From NCBI GenBank assembly GCA_000004985.1, contig GG738855.1: a stretch of DNA of 64,000 nt; one strand, 5' to 3'. Every line of letters begins with the position of its first letter. Positions within the stretch are counted from its first letter, which is position 1. Below, in pieces: positions 46,091-57,222 of the stretch. The notes under the pieces are model-generated. The model made no database searches, was not told the DNA's origin, and was given only the letters and a program-made list of their open reading frames with translations. The translations under genes and the position numbers were made by a program. Source of the stretch: Naegleria gruberi (Eukaryota).

Positions 46091-46673
46091 GGTAGCTGAA
46101 TCCTTACAGTCCCTCAGAAAATCCTTACAATAATTTGCTCAACTGGCTGAATTGGTGAAACAAAGGGAGTTTGTACTTGTTGACTAATGCTGTTTGGAGT
46201 TTCACTATTTGGAGTACTGTTGGAAATTACAATTCTGTGAGGTTGATTTTGAGTAGCAATATAATTTTGGAATCTACTGAGGAAACTTGGGTCACTGGCT
46301 AGTTGATTAATAAGAGAAACAATCAGTCCTTGGTCCATATTGAATATTTTTTAAGATTTTAACATATTTTACAACAACAGTTAAATTTTTCAATTTATAG
46401 TGGTCAAGGATTATAACTAAGGATTCTTGATTAATTGCAACCGTTCCAATAAAAGTACTTTTTATTTGTTATAGGCGAAAAAAATCTGCATAATGATTCA
46501 TGCAATCCTTAGTTATAAATGAAACCTTGTATCTATTCCTTATTGATGTGGTTACAACTCGTAATGGTTCCCTTGGTTGGACTGATAAACAAGGAATGCA
46601 GAAAAAGAAAACATACACCAAACATTAACTGTCAGGGAAGTTGTCATAGACACATCAAAACAAATCAAAAAAA

Positions 46674-47627
46674 ATGGTCAATTCTCATAGTTATCCATTT
46701 CGGTGCGAAGATGGAGAAGGTAAATTCATAGAATTACATTTATCATTCTCCGAACCCGAACATCTAATTACTCTGTCTTGTACCTACAATTATCACAAGT
46801 ATTTGTTTACTGAAGAAACATCATCTGTAATTCATTTTAAATACTACAAAACATGTTTGATGAACAATGCCATTGATTGCAAGGTTTCTGAGGACAACAT
46901 TACCTTGGTTGTGAAGGAGTGTTCTGATATTGGGTCCAGTGTCAAATTTATTCTTAACAAACAAGAAAGGGATGCTGATGAAAAATTGAATACCATGTTA
47001 GAAGTCATGATGAAAGATATCGCACAATTGAAGGGAATGCTTTGGTTTACTGATAGAGATTTGAATAAGTTCTCCGAGAAATACATTACCAATTGGAATA
47101 GTGTATTTATTAGAGTCAATGGTTCACCTATTCTAGGCAAAATATTCACAAATACTTACTCAAAGAAAGAATTTTATGTTAATACCACTGGTTGTAAAAT
47201 CAAAAAGGATTCAATCAATTCTCCATTATTTAAATCTTATCGTGAATCAGATCTGGAACCTATTATCATTTACTTTAAACAAAAAGTGGATTTCTCAAGA
47301 ATTGAAATTTCTGTTAGTGTTCATCAATCAAACAATCAAGACTTGGTCAAGGTTTATGTTTTTGGAGTAATGAAACCTCAGGGAGTGATTAGAAAATTTG
47401 ACATTGAATTAATTAATGAAAATCTAAGCTCTCATTACCAAGAGCCAAAGGAAGATTGGTTTATTATGCCTAAATTGGAGAAGATTTCAGAACAAGAGTG
47501 TAAGCTAAATGGATTAGTTTCAATTCATTTCGATTCGAATAACGCATATGATGGAATTGGAATTGCAGTAAGAAACCAACGAAACGATATGTTCAACTAC
47601 ACCATTCCTCTTTTAAGAATATATTAA
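46674..47627 (+). CDS. Paralogue of the secreted-family gene 29337-30476; probably lacks its first exon or is a partial copy
   Basis: 317-aa ORF sharing FKYYKTC and EVMMKDIAQLKGMLWF blocks with 29337-30476. No signal peptide is present in the ORF. Confidence 0.55.
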   Translation: MVNSHSYPFRCEDGEGKFIELHLSFSEPEHLITLSCTYNYHKYLFTEETSSVIHFKYYKTCLMNNAIDCKVSEDNITLVVKECSDIGSSVKFILNKQERDADEKLNTMLEVMMKDIAQLKGMLWFTDRDLNKFSEKYITNWNSVFIRVNGSPILGKIFTNTYSKKEFYVNTTGCKIKKDSINSPLFKSYRESDLEPIIIYFKQKVDFSRIEISVSVHQSNNQDLVKVYVFGVMKPQGVIRKFDIELINENLSSHYQEPKEDWFIMPKLEKISEQECKLNGLVSIHFDSNNAYDGIGIAVRNQRNDMFNYTIPLLRIY

Positions 47628-48176
47628 CAATTTTAAAATTATTGATTGTCATATATAAAAGTTTGGTACCTATAACCTCGGATACCTCTTACTCCAATCT
47701 CTTATTGATTTAAGATTTTGAAATTGTTTATTATTGAATTTTTATAAAGAGTATTGACACGAATCAGAAGCTTCTTATTGTGACAACACTTGATAGAAGA
47801 ATGGGAAAGTGGCTGCATTAATTCAACATATTGAAAGTGAACAAGGTTCTCAAGATTTGGAACTCTTCTTCATGAAGAGGAGGTTATTGGGTGGTGACTA
47901 GAGAGAAACATTTCCTTGTAGCTTTTCTACTAGTAAATGATTAATTGACCAAGATGTTGACCTGTAATATGGAAACACAATAAAATTCAATAATACTGAT
48001 AAATACAGTAGTGAATATGAATGGTAATCATAAATCACTGAAAAAATCATGATTGGATCCTTTTTGAGACTTTTGGAAGTCAACTTGNNNNNNNNNNNNN
48101 NNNNNNNNNNNNNNNNNNNNNNNNNNNNNNNNNNNNNTAGTGTCATCACAGACTAAACCTTTAGATAATAATCAAA

Positions 48177-49064
48177 GTGGTTCTGGAAATGACCNCAGTT
48201 TCATCACAAACTAAACCCTTGGATAACAACCAAGGTGGTTCTGAAAAGAACCTAGATGCTATTCTTCACGCCATCACTTCATTGGGTGAGAGAATTAAAC
48301 ATCTTGAAGCAGTTCCACCCATCCTTCAAGAAGCTGATCAACTTGATGACAACTCTGATGAGGATTCTGCTGAAGATTCCACTGGTAAACATTGGGGTAT
48401 GTCAACAATCAAGGAGATTAGAAGACACTACGAAGTTGGCGACAGATTAGCCGATGGAGATGTCTTAAGTTTTGTTTCAGCCAAAACTCTTCGTCGTTAT
48501 CAAACCAATGATGCTCTTTTGAATAGAGTTCAATCATTAATGGCTAGATTTGAATCCGTTATTCATAATCATCGTACTCATCCCCGTTTGCAAGAAATCC
48601 AATCAAAGGGCTTGCAAAAGATGATGGAAATGTTGCATTTGAAATCTAGACTACTCCATTTCGCTTTAAGTCACCCAATGAACGTTGCTAACATCATTGA
48701 AATCACAGAATTAGTTTATCTTCTCTGTGAGGTCGAGAAAATCTTCTTGGAAGAAGGTTTGTTTGATAGTAATTTTGAGGTTGCCACCAATTTCATTCAA
48801 CCATTCGTACAGAGCAATACGTTCGCTGACATAACCGAAAAAGCACGTAGTAAGAAGAGAGAGAAAGCTGTTATCAAGACTGCTTTTGTTGGAAAGATTC
48901 AAAAACCCAACAAAATGAAAGAGAAGTTGAACAAACCCTACACTTCTCAACACAACAGCTACTCTAAGTCTTACAAGAGTAACTCCAATTTTCAAAAATC
49001 AGGAGACTCAAAACCAAAGTACAACAACAACAACGGTGGAGGATCCTTCAGCAAGGACCTCTGA
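48177..49064 (+). CDS. DIRS-like ORF1 (Gag-like)
   Basis: 295-aa ORF immediately upstream of the RT ORF and overlapping it. It is preceded by two ~55-bp tandem repeats at 48140-48250. Confidence 0.6.
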   Translation: MVLEMTXVSSQTKPLDNNQGGSEKNLDAILHAITSLGERIKHLEAVPPILQEADQLDDNSDEDSAEDSTGKHWGMSTIKEIRRHYEVGDRLADGDVLSFVSAKTLRRYQTNDALLNRVQSLMARFESVIHNHRTHPRLQEIQSKGLQKMMEMLHLKSRLLHFALSHPMNVANIIEITELVYLLCEVEKIFLEEGLFDSNFEVATNFIQPFVQSNTFADITEKARSKKREKAVIKTAFVGKIQKPNKMKEKLNKPYTSQHNSYSKSYKSNSNFQKSGDSKPKYNNNNGGGSFSKDL

Positions 49065-50916
49065 CTTGGTGGGTTGTCGTCTTGGCAAGTTTGTAACTCA
49101 GTGGGAGAGTTACAACTTCAACCCATTCATAGTGGATTGGATTCGGAATGGAGTTCCAATCTACTCAAATCCCACCCTTTGGAAAGAATTCAAGCAAAGG
49201 AAGAATTTCTCTCCAAAGGAGACCTCTTGGATGGATCAAGAAATCCAAGAGATGTTGAGTTCCAATGTCATCGAACTTGGAAACAAATCTACGGTACTCA
49301 ATCCAATAAACATTGTCCCCAAGAAGGGCTCAGATCAGTTTCGTTTTATTCTGGATCTCAGGAAAGTAAACTTGGGGATCAAGGATACTTCGTTCAAGAT
49401 GGACAACATTCAAAAATGTTTGAAGTTTGTTCAGAAAGGAATGTGGGCAACAAAGATAGACCTGAAGAAAGGCTATTTTCATGTTCCCATCAGAGAGAGT
49501 CATCGACACCTTCTGGGATTCAAGTACAAGAGCCTTGTATACCAATTCAAATGCCTTCCATTTGGTCTAAGTCAAGCTCCCAGAAACTTCACCAAGATAA
49601 TGAAGGAACTAATGACCAAGTGGAGAAAGCAGGGCATCTTGGTATTCATTTACATCGACGATATATTGATTCTAAGCAACCACAAGGAAACTACCCAACA
49701 ACACACAGAGATAATCTTGAAAGACCTAGAAACATTAGGATGGATTATACAGAAGGAGAAAAGTGTGTTGACACCTTGTCAATGCATAGAATTTCTGGGT
49801 CTGGAATTGGATTTAATATCAGGTTTGGTAAAAATTCCACTCAACAAACAAGCCACTGCGATAAAACTGATCCAAGACTTCTTGTCAGCGAACCAACTGA
49901 ACAGATATGTAGCTTGCAAGAAAGTGGCTCAGTTTCTTGGGAAGATGGAATTTCTAACCCTATCAAACCATTATTTTGCACCATTTCTGGCTCGTCTTCG
50001 AAAGGATATGGTGAAAGTAGTAAACGACAAATCCTGGCACGCATCGATGAGAATATTCAGAGGTGCAACCAAAGACCTCAAGATATTGAAAACTCTGATT
50101 CAGGAAAACAGTGGAGTTCCATTCGAACTGAACTCAATGAACCCGATTCGAGTGAATTCAGATGCTTGCCCAACAGGTTATGGAATCGCAGAATCAACCA
50201 TTACAATTGGAAGATTCAATTCCTCAGAGCACATCAATGTCAAAGAGTTAAAAACACTCCTCATTTTCTTCACACAAGCAGATCAATTAAACCTTTATGG
50301 TCCTGGTCAAGCATTCGAGATAAGAGGCGACAATGTAACAGCAATATCTTATATAAGGAGAGGTTACGGAGTCATCGAAGAACTCTCACAAATAGCCAGA
50401 GATCTCTACAAAATTCTAATGAGAAGAAAATGGTGGATTTCCAAAGTGATTTATATTCCCTCAAAGGAAAACATTTTGGCGGACAGACTGAGTCGTCTAA
50501 CAGAATGGAAATCCTCTCAAGAACTATTGAATCTAGTTCAGACAGAATTTGGAAAACACCACGTGGACAGATTCTCAACATTGGAATCAACCACAACAAT
50601 TCAATTCAATTCATGGATAGAGAACGACACATTTCTGAACCCATGGGAACAAAATCTGATGAGCTATTGTGCTCCTCCTCTGGGTCTGATATCTCAAGCT
50701 CTAGTTCACTGCATCAAGTCAGGAGCCAAAGCGACATTTGTGGTTCCAGATTGGCCCTCTTCGATATGGTTTCCAGTCTTGCTAAAGATATCAGAAAGAA
50801 TGATAACTGTTTCGAGAAAGATGCTTATAATAACGCCCTTATCAGAGTTGCAAGACAAGTTCGAGAATTCGAATTTCCTGGTTGTTCAAGTGCATGGCAA
50901 GTTATTCAAACAATGA
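49036..50916 (+). CDS. DIRS-like reverse transcriptase / RNase H ORF
   Basis: RT motifs are present (…KIDLKKGYFHVPI…, LPFGLSQAPRNF, VFIYIDDILILS). An RNase H-like region lies downstream. Confidence 0.8.
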   Translation: MEDPSARTSDLVGCRLGKFVTQWESYNFNPFIVDWIRNGVPIYSNPTLWKEFKQRKNFSPKETSWMDQEIQEMLSSNVIELGNKSTVLNPINIVPKKGSDQFRFILDLRKVNLGIKDTSFKMDNIQKCLKFVQKGMWATKIDLKKGYFHVPIRESHRHLLGFKYKSLVYQFKCLPFGLSQAPRNFTKIMKELMTKWRKQGILVFIYIDDILILSNHKETTQQHTEIILKDLETLGWIIQKEKSVLTPCQCIEFLGLELDLISGLVKIPLNKQATAIKLIQDFLSANQLNRYVACKKVAQFLGKMEFLTLSNHYFAPFLARLRKDMVKVVNDKSWHASMRIFRGATKDLKILKTLIQENSGVPFELNSMNPIRVNSDACPTGYGIAESTITIGRFNSSEHINVKELKTLLIFFTQADQLNLYGPGQAFEIRGDNVTAISYIRRGYGVIEELSQIARDLYKILMRRKWWISKVIYIPSKENILADRLSRLTEWKSSQELLNLVQTEFGKHHVDRFSTLESTTTIQFNSWIENDTFLNPWEQNLMSYCAPPLGLISQALVHCIKSGAKATFVVPDWPSSIWFPVLLKISERMITVSRKMLIITPLSELQDKFENSNFLVVQVHGKLFKQ

Positions 50917-51821
50917 GAGAAATCAGTATTCTCTCTTCAATAGGTGAAAAAACCTTCAGAACCTACAACAGGATTTATGGTGGTTTTCTTTGGTTTATCA
51001 ATGTGTTCGATCTTACCATTGATAATCCTTTAGCTATTGAATATTACATCTCTTACCTTCTGGTTAATGTTCAAGGTTACAAAGCAAATACTGTGCAAGC
51101 AGCTATTCAATTCTTTGCTAACCTTGATGGCAGAACAATTAATATTTCCGTCTCTTACCCTAAAGTTAAAAAAGGTGTCCTTAAGCTTTATTCACTTTCG
51201 GATAAAGTTTCTCTTCAAAGAGATCCGATAACAATCAAACATTTGACTGATTATTTGAAGTGCAAAGACAAAGTGGATAATTTCACTTTCCGTCTTACAT
51301 CTGCTATTCTAGTAATTGGTTTTAGACTATTTGCAAGACCTGGTGAGGTTGCGCGACTAAAATGGTCATATATCAAGATGCTTAAAAAAGGAAGAATCAA
51401 GATTGATCTCAGTGGTCATAAAACTGACTTCTTCCTTATTGAAAAACCAATTACTATCGAAAGGAATACTAAAGATCCTAATCTTTGCCCAATTTCAATA
51501 CTAAAATCATACATGGATTTGGTTAGGAATTTCAAAGATGCTGAGTCCCCATTATTTTCCTTCGAAAACGACAAATTCTTTGATTCAGATGGTATTTCAA
51601 AAATACTAAAGAATGCAGTGGGTATAGTAGATCAAGGCGTAACAGTCTCAGGTCACAGCCTTAGAATAGGTGCTATCACAGAAGGACTCAGAAAGGGTAT
51701 GTCTACAACTGATCTAATGGTCGGTGCAAGACATAAAAAGGAAAAAAATTTATTTCCTTACCTTAGATCTGAAGGCCTAGCTGGCAAGAATTTCACTAAC
51801 ACTCTATTTTCTCTGGACTAA
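49074..51821 (+). CDS. DIRS-like overlapping ORF encoding a C-terminal tyrosine recombinase
   Basis: It stays open for 915 codons in a frame different from the RT ORF. The YR motifs lie in the last ~170 aa. Confidence 0.7.
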   Translation: MSSWQVCNSVGELQLQPIHSGLDSEWSSNLLKSHPLERIQAKEEFLSKGDLLDGSRNPRDVEFQCHRTWKQIYGTQSNKHCPQEGLRSVSFYSGSQESKLGDQGYFVQDGQHSKMFEVCSERNVGNKDRPEERLFSCSHQRESSTPSGIQVQEPCIPIQMPSIWSKSSSQKLHQDNEGTNDQVEKAGHLGIHLHRRYIDSKQPQGNYPTTHRDNLERPRNIRMDYTEGEKCVDTLSMHRISGSGIGFNIRFGKNSTQQTSHCDKTDPRLLVSEPTEQICSLQESGSVSWEDGISNPIKPLFCTISGSSSKGYGESSKRQILARIDENIQRCNQRPQDIENSDSGKQWSSIRTELNEPDSSEFRCLPNRLWNRRINHYNWKIQFLRAHQCQRVKNTPHFLHTSRSIKPLWSWSSIRDKRRQCNSNILYKERLRSHRRTLTNSQRSLQNSNEKKMVDFQSDLYSLKGKHFGGQTESSNRMEILSRTIESSSDRIWKTPRGQILNIGINHNNSIQFMDRERHISEPMGTKSDELLCSSSGSDISSSSSLHQVRSQSDICGSRLALFDMVSSLAKDIRKNDNCFEKDAYNNALIRVARQVREFEFPGCSSAWQVIQTMREISILSSIGEKTFRTYNRIYGGFLWFINVFDLTIDNPLAIEYYISYLLVNVQGYKANTVQAAIQFFANLDGRTINISVSYPKVKKGVLKLYSLSDKVSLQRDPITIKHLTDYLKCKDKVDNFTFRLTSAILVIGFRLFARPGEVARLKWSYIKMLKKGRIKIDLSGHKTDFFLIEKPITIERNTKDPNLCPISILKSYMDLVRNFKDAESPLFSFENDKFFDSDGISKILKNAVGIVDQGVTVSGHSLRIGAITEGLRKGMSTTDLMVGARHKKEKNLFPYLRSEGLAGKNFTNTLFSLD

Positions 51822-52559
51822 CCCATTGGTTTATCAACGAAATTCTTTATTGTTTTATTTGGAGAAATATGGCTAGTTGCGAGGAACGATGCAACGTTAG
51901 TATTTCGACAAATTGTAAACAATAAAATTGAGTTGATAAATAATTTTTATGCTCAAAAAAATTAAGAAACATGGTAAACACACCAAGCAAAATCATTGCT
52001 GACCCACCCACCCATTCCCTTAATTTCATCAAGAATTCCTTGAATTCTTTCAAATAGTCCTTCACTCCTTGAGTGTTTTTTCCTATTTGTCTTTTAGTTT
52101 GATCTTGGTAAGTGATCCTTCTAAGGATGCAGGATTAGTATTACCTTGTGATACAATAATTTTTATTTCTAACTAACATCATTTGAATAATTCGAAATAT
52201 GCTCGTAAAGTTAGCCAGATTTATTTTTTCAAAAAATATTTCTGATAGAAATTACCAGGCATTTTTTTACAAGCAATTCACTAGTTAAAATAGAGAACTT
52301 TAATGGATTGGAGTTTTTACTGATTTTTTCCTGCAATGCAGGTTTTTTATAGGGGAGTTGTTCTATTTCAATCTCGATTTTGTAAACAACTTTATTAACT
52401 CGGGACAATGCTGAATAAAGTCAATGACCTAAAAGGCAGCATTTCCGAGCAACATACCTCATCCTTTGGATGAAGAATATGTTGAGTGAGCTTCTACCCA
52501 TTGGTTTATCAACGAAATTCTTTATTGTTTTATTTGGAGAAATAATAAAAATCTATATG

Positions 52560-53700
52560 AATTTTCTGAAACAAATGGAATGAAAAATAAATAAAAGGTG
52601 TAAGTTTATTAATGTCTCTTGTATCAATAACGACCTGAGAGACCACACTTTTTCGGCATTTAAGGACTCTGTGCAACATTTGAATGATTTGGGTTAAGAT
52701 TGAGTGCCGTTGAGTGAGTGTGCCTAAAGTAGGCTGATTGGAATTTTGAGTTTTTGATAAAAGGTTGTCGGGAGGGACGGTTGTACCACATAGTGTTTTT
52801 GTAACAATTTTCTAAATAAATGGCGAATGCCTTGTAAATTTCTAGAGCTACAGCCTTAGGAAGTCTTTTGTTCTTTGACCATAAGAGCCTATCGCTGCGA
52901 GAGCAGCTTCCGTTAAAATCAATAATAAGGCAGTTCCTCACTTTGTCTGAAGGGAGACGAATCGGATCGAGGTTAAATTTGGAGGAAATATTGTCCCAAG
53001 TAGCATACAGTTCCTGTTTTTCATGGTTGCTTTTAGAGCACGATGAGAAAACGTGTGTCCAGTCTTCGGCAGTTTGACATGAATCACAGGTTGTATTGTT
53101 ATCTAGAATAATAGCGTGGTGAAGGTTTAGGAAAAGGAGTCTTTGTTGATAGTAGGAGAGATGGAAATTTCTCCAAAAGGAAACAGTTGAAAGGTGCCAA
53201 TTAAGATTTGAATCTAACTGGCCCAACTCTGAGATGGTTTTTTTGGATCTTTTGAGTTCAAGAATATCGTTTCGTAAGTTGGTGATGGGTTTGTGTGACG
53301 ATCTGTCACAAAGAACCCATCCACTCTCTGTTGGATTGAAGTATGCATTGAGTTTGTTGATATTTAAGGCTGCATTTGTCCAGAGAGAGTCTGTAGATTT
53401 GCCTCGGAGAGCTTTTTGAATCGAGGCCCTTGCAATGTTGCGGGTGATTGTGGATGAGGAGTTCACAAATCTACAGACCGATGCTGTGCATTCAATGTCT
53501 AACACATCTACAGGAGACGTGAGACCGAGACCACCATGTCGCTTATCACCATAGATGACAGCTTTGGAAAGTTTGAAATTACACCCTAATTTCTTCTTAA
53601 TAGAACCACTAATATTTGATTCAAGTTTGGTTAACGTGGATAGGGGGACGGCATCAACACTTGATAAGTATCTAGGGATAGAGAGTACTTGGTTTGGGTT
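52560..53700 (-). mobile_element. 5'-truncated non-LTR (LINE/TRE-type) retrotransposon ORF2 3' fragment
   Basis: The minus-strand frame …KLSKAVIYGDKRHGGLGLTSPVDVL… is the GGLGL motif found C-terminal to LINE RTs. A CCHC finger follows (CDSCQTAEDWTHVFSSC). The 3' UTR has an AATAAA near 52560. Confidence 0.5.
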
Positions 53701-56230
53701 TGGTTAGGATTCAGAGTTGATTTATTTGGGTTATTTAAGAGATTACTTAGTGAAGATTCAAATCAATGATTATAATTCTTATCATCTATTAATGATGTAA
53801 ATTTGATGTTTTCATTTCTTATATTGATAGATATTTAAAGGTCAGGTCAGAACTAACTTTTGAATTATGGACTTTGAGAAGTCAAATGTTTGGGACGTGA
53901 ATCTACTCATTAGATTGAATAGGTATTGCTAATAAAGGAACATTTCATTGATTTATTGATTATAACGGTCAAATTGAGTTGAATGGAAGTGAATCACATG
54001 TTGATTCATCGTGGATGGGTAGTTTCGCCACGTAGTGGTGCAACTACCAACCTTTGTAGATTGAATCAGGTTGATTTGCATGCAATATGAATAAGTAACA
54101 TTATCAAGAGTGATTATTCCCCAATTCAACGATCAATATTCAATAATCGGTTTGATTTCAATCAATAGCATGATCATCAAGCTTTGAATTAATATTCCAG
54201 TAATCAACGGCAGTCTATTTTTAAATTTAATCAAAGACCATATATAGTATCTTGACTTTTGTGATCTGGAAACTATCTAGATGTTCTATATTGAATAATC
54301 TATTTGAAAATGAGAAGAATTAACTTCTATTGAGTTTTATTGGTATTGCAAGGTATTACGATTTATAATAATCTTCACAGAAATCACTCTCGAAATATAA
54401 ACTGTACTACAATGTATGAGAAACATAATGGTGGTGGAATTAATCAATAAATCGTTGAAATGACTGAGATGAAATGTAAACTATGGTCTATTTGTTATGT
54501 AATGGTGACTAGACAGTGTCAATTTCATCAAATTATTTCAAACTGGTAAGATTCAATAAAAAACGACTCTATACACCAAACATGCAATACGGAATGAGTT
54601 TCAATATTTAATATCGTGAACTGACTCTGTTGGATACCATCTCTATAAATATAACAATATGAAAAGTGTCAACATTCAATTTCACATGCGTTACTATGTA
54701 GAGTCATCATTATATCATCTAAATAGGTTGTATTTCATGTTTCAGTCACATTGACAGTCTTGATATTGAGATGTGTATACTAAGGTTGATGAAATGGTAC
54801 CTTCACTGATTACTGACATGAATATAACAATTGAATTTATAATTCTTGTATAATTAATTCATTATTCAACGATTTTGATATGATGGTAAAATTTAATTTT
54901 GAAATTAAGGTTCTTCCTAATTGATTACCTTAGATGTTCCTTAGTTGAGTTGAAGATGTTGAGCCATGAATATGAAACTTTCTCAGATTGTTCTCCTCAT
55001 CAAGAGGAGTGTATTCATATTTGATACTTGTATGATATTTTGTAAAATGAATGAGATGGAGTATATTTTATATGTTGAAATGTGACAATTTGACAGATTG
55101 TTATTATTATCATACTGAATTCAACTCTAATAGACTTAAATTGATACCATATGTATAACAGTGTGATTAAATGTATCTGGTAAAGTTACATGATGGTTGG
55201 ATGTACTTTCATTGAGATAGAGTGTACACTTGGATAAAATCAATATTGATATTGAACATTAACTGACTTACTAATTGAAAGTAATACGAATTGGTTCCAA
55301 ACTATATACAATGTATTTAGTTGATGTATACTATATGTGGTATCAATTCTAGATTGATTGTATGTATAATGAGCGAGTTGGAGCATAAGCTTTGATTTCA
55401 TGTCAAAGTTCTATAGTATAGTTGACATTTCGACATCTACTGAACCAATATTTATGAAATTGATACCATATGTTAATTAGAGTGTCTATATATCATGATA
55501 TCAATTTCAGTGAAAATGGAGTTGTTTCTGTACCTTCAGATTTCCATCCATTCTTGAAATATCCCCCATGTACTATCTACTGGATGCATTTATTGAAATG
55601 AAAACATATAATTTGATGAAAGTCCACTTTATTTGAGATGTAGAACTCGATATTATCATTTATTTTGAGATTGGTAACATTCCCTATAGTATCCTTAATT
55701 GTCTTAATTGACTAAAAAAGGTCAAGGAGAGATTTCAAAACATAAAATAAATGATATTTTCGAGATTTACTATCGATTTCCAATCGATTGATATGTATTT
55801 TGTAGATTGAGGATGTAGTTCTCTATTTGAAGATTTCCTCCTGATCTTCTAAGTCACCCTTGATAAATCACTCTTTACCTGAAAGATGGAATGTTCACCA
55901 AAACGTCTAAAAACTGAATTATATACATTATTTGAGATGTGGAACATGATGGTAATGTTTCATAAAGTGATCATTTTCCAGATTTTCATCCATGTACACA
56001 GTTGACTAGTTGGTATGATAGAGTTGAAATCATGAACATGAAAGTGAAAATAAACTTTATATTCTATCTCCACTCATCGAATGGAGCATTTTCATGCATA
56101 TATTGTTGATTGAAGTGATGTATTTGACAGACTTGGTCTGACTTGTCTTTTCTTAAAGTCATCTATAATATATCAACATTTACCTTTCCATGGTACCATT
56201 TCTGATTTATATGATATGAAATTGAATTCT
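53700..56230. repeat. ORF-free AT-rich degenerate satellite-like region, roughly 300-bp periodicity, subtelomeric-type
   Basis: No ORF over 60 aa. Short motifs recur at ~300-500-bp spacing (ttgataccatatgt at 55144 and 55450; gatgaaatg at 54467, 54781 and 55075). The composition is similar to 59390-59990. Confidence 0.35.
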
Positions 56231-56335
56231 AGGGTTGGGAAAGCGTGTTGTTTTGATTTGTTTCTTCTGTGGCTCCATGGTCTTTANNNNNNNNNNNNNN
56301 NNNNNNNNNNNNNNNNNNNNNNNNNNNNNNNNNNN

Positions 56336-57222
56336 NATGGTAAAAGATTGGAGGAAGAACTACTCTTTGTATAAGTTGGATCATCTTCCTTATTGTTTGG
56401 CAATGAGTAACCAAAGTTATTCTCGAGCATATTTTGGTGTGATTCTATAATATTCAAAAGTGTACTCTCAATATTAATGAGTTTGGTAATTTGGTCACAG
56501 ATTTGAATTCTTTGTGCTCTCAAATTCACCTTATTTGAACTCGTTTGGCTATTGGACATGGAGAAGGCAGGAGTTGTTTCCTCACCATCTTCTTCAAAAT
56601 CCATAAGGAAGAGAGAACCAGGTTGCTCTTCATCCATCTCGGTTAAAATTTCCCACAAGTTTGACAACTCCTTGATTCCATTTTCCATTGCGTTTTTCAA
56701 TGTACCCAACTTGTTAATAGAATCTAAACTAACTCTTTTAAGCTCAGTGTATTGTTCGAAACTCTCAGCACCATATAAAGAAGAACCAAAGCTTGTCTCA
56801 CTGTCTTGGTGTTTGAGGACTGCAGCCTTTGCCAAAGTAGTTTTCATTTTGGAAGGAGAATCTTTCTTGTATGGGGATCGACATCTAGAACCATGATTAT
56901 TTGTTGGTCTTTTGGTTCTTCCAGTTGTTGGTGAAACTGGCATCATGTCATTGTTAGTAGAGGAGAAATTAGTATTATTGGTGGAGGGAATTGTTGTATT
57001 ATTGGAGGTACTTGTGTTAGTAGTTGGTTCAACAATAATTGTGGAGGTTGTAGTGGTTGGAGTCTTGCTGTCATTCTCGGATCCAGCAAGTAAAACTTTA
57101 AGAGTGGAGACTTGTTTACGGAAGTGAATTTGTTGGTGGTGAAATTCTCTGATGAGTTCCATCTTGTTGAAAGGAACAGTTGTAGTAAATTGCATCATGG
57201 AAAGGTTCTTAAATATGTACAA
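56336..57222 (-). CDS. Hypothetical Ser/Thr/Asn-rich protein; the C-terminus runs into the N-gap
   Basis: ORF 56284-57222 continues into the 56287-56335 gap. It has low complexity and a possible coiled coil. Confidence 0.4.

Larger units (their letters stand above)
48138..52545 (+). mobile_element. DIRS-like tyrosine-recombinase retrotransposon (gag ORF, RT/RNase H ORF, nested/overlapping YR ORF). The left end is lost in an N-gap.
   Basis: The RT ORF carries the FGLSQAP and YIDDIL motifs. A 915-aa ORF in another frame (49074-51821) overlaps the whole RT ORF. Its C-terminal YR domain reads GHSLRIGAITEGLRKG…RHKKEKNLFPYLRS, which gives HxLR, R and Y catalytic residues. A 48-bp direct repeat cccattggtttatcaacgaaattctttattgttttatttggagaaata occurs at 51822 and 52497. 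Confidence 0.75.

Noticed and set aside
51847-52065. 72-aa minus-strand ORF inside the DIRS right-end region
   Set aside because: It has low complexity, sits within element-terminal repeat sequence and has no homology signal.
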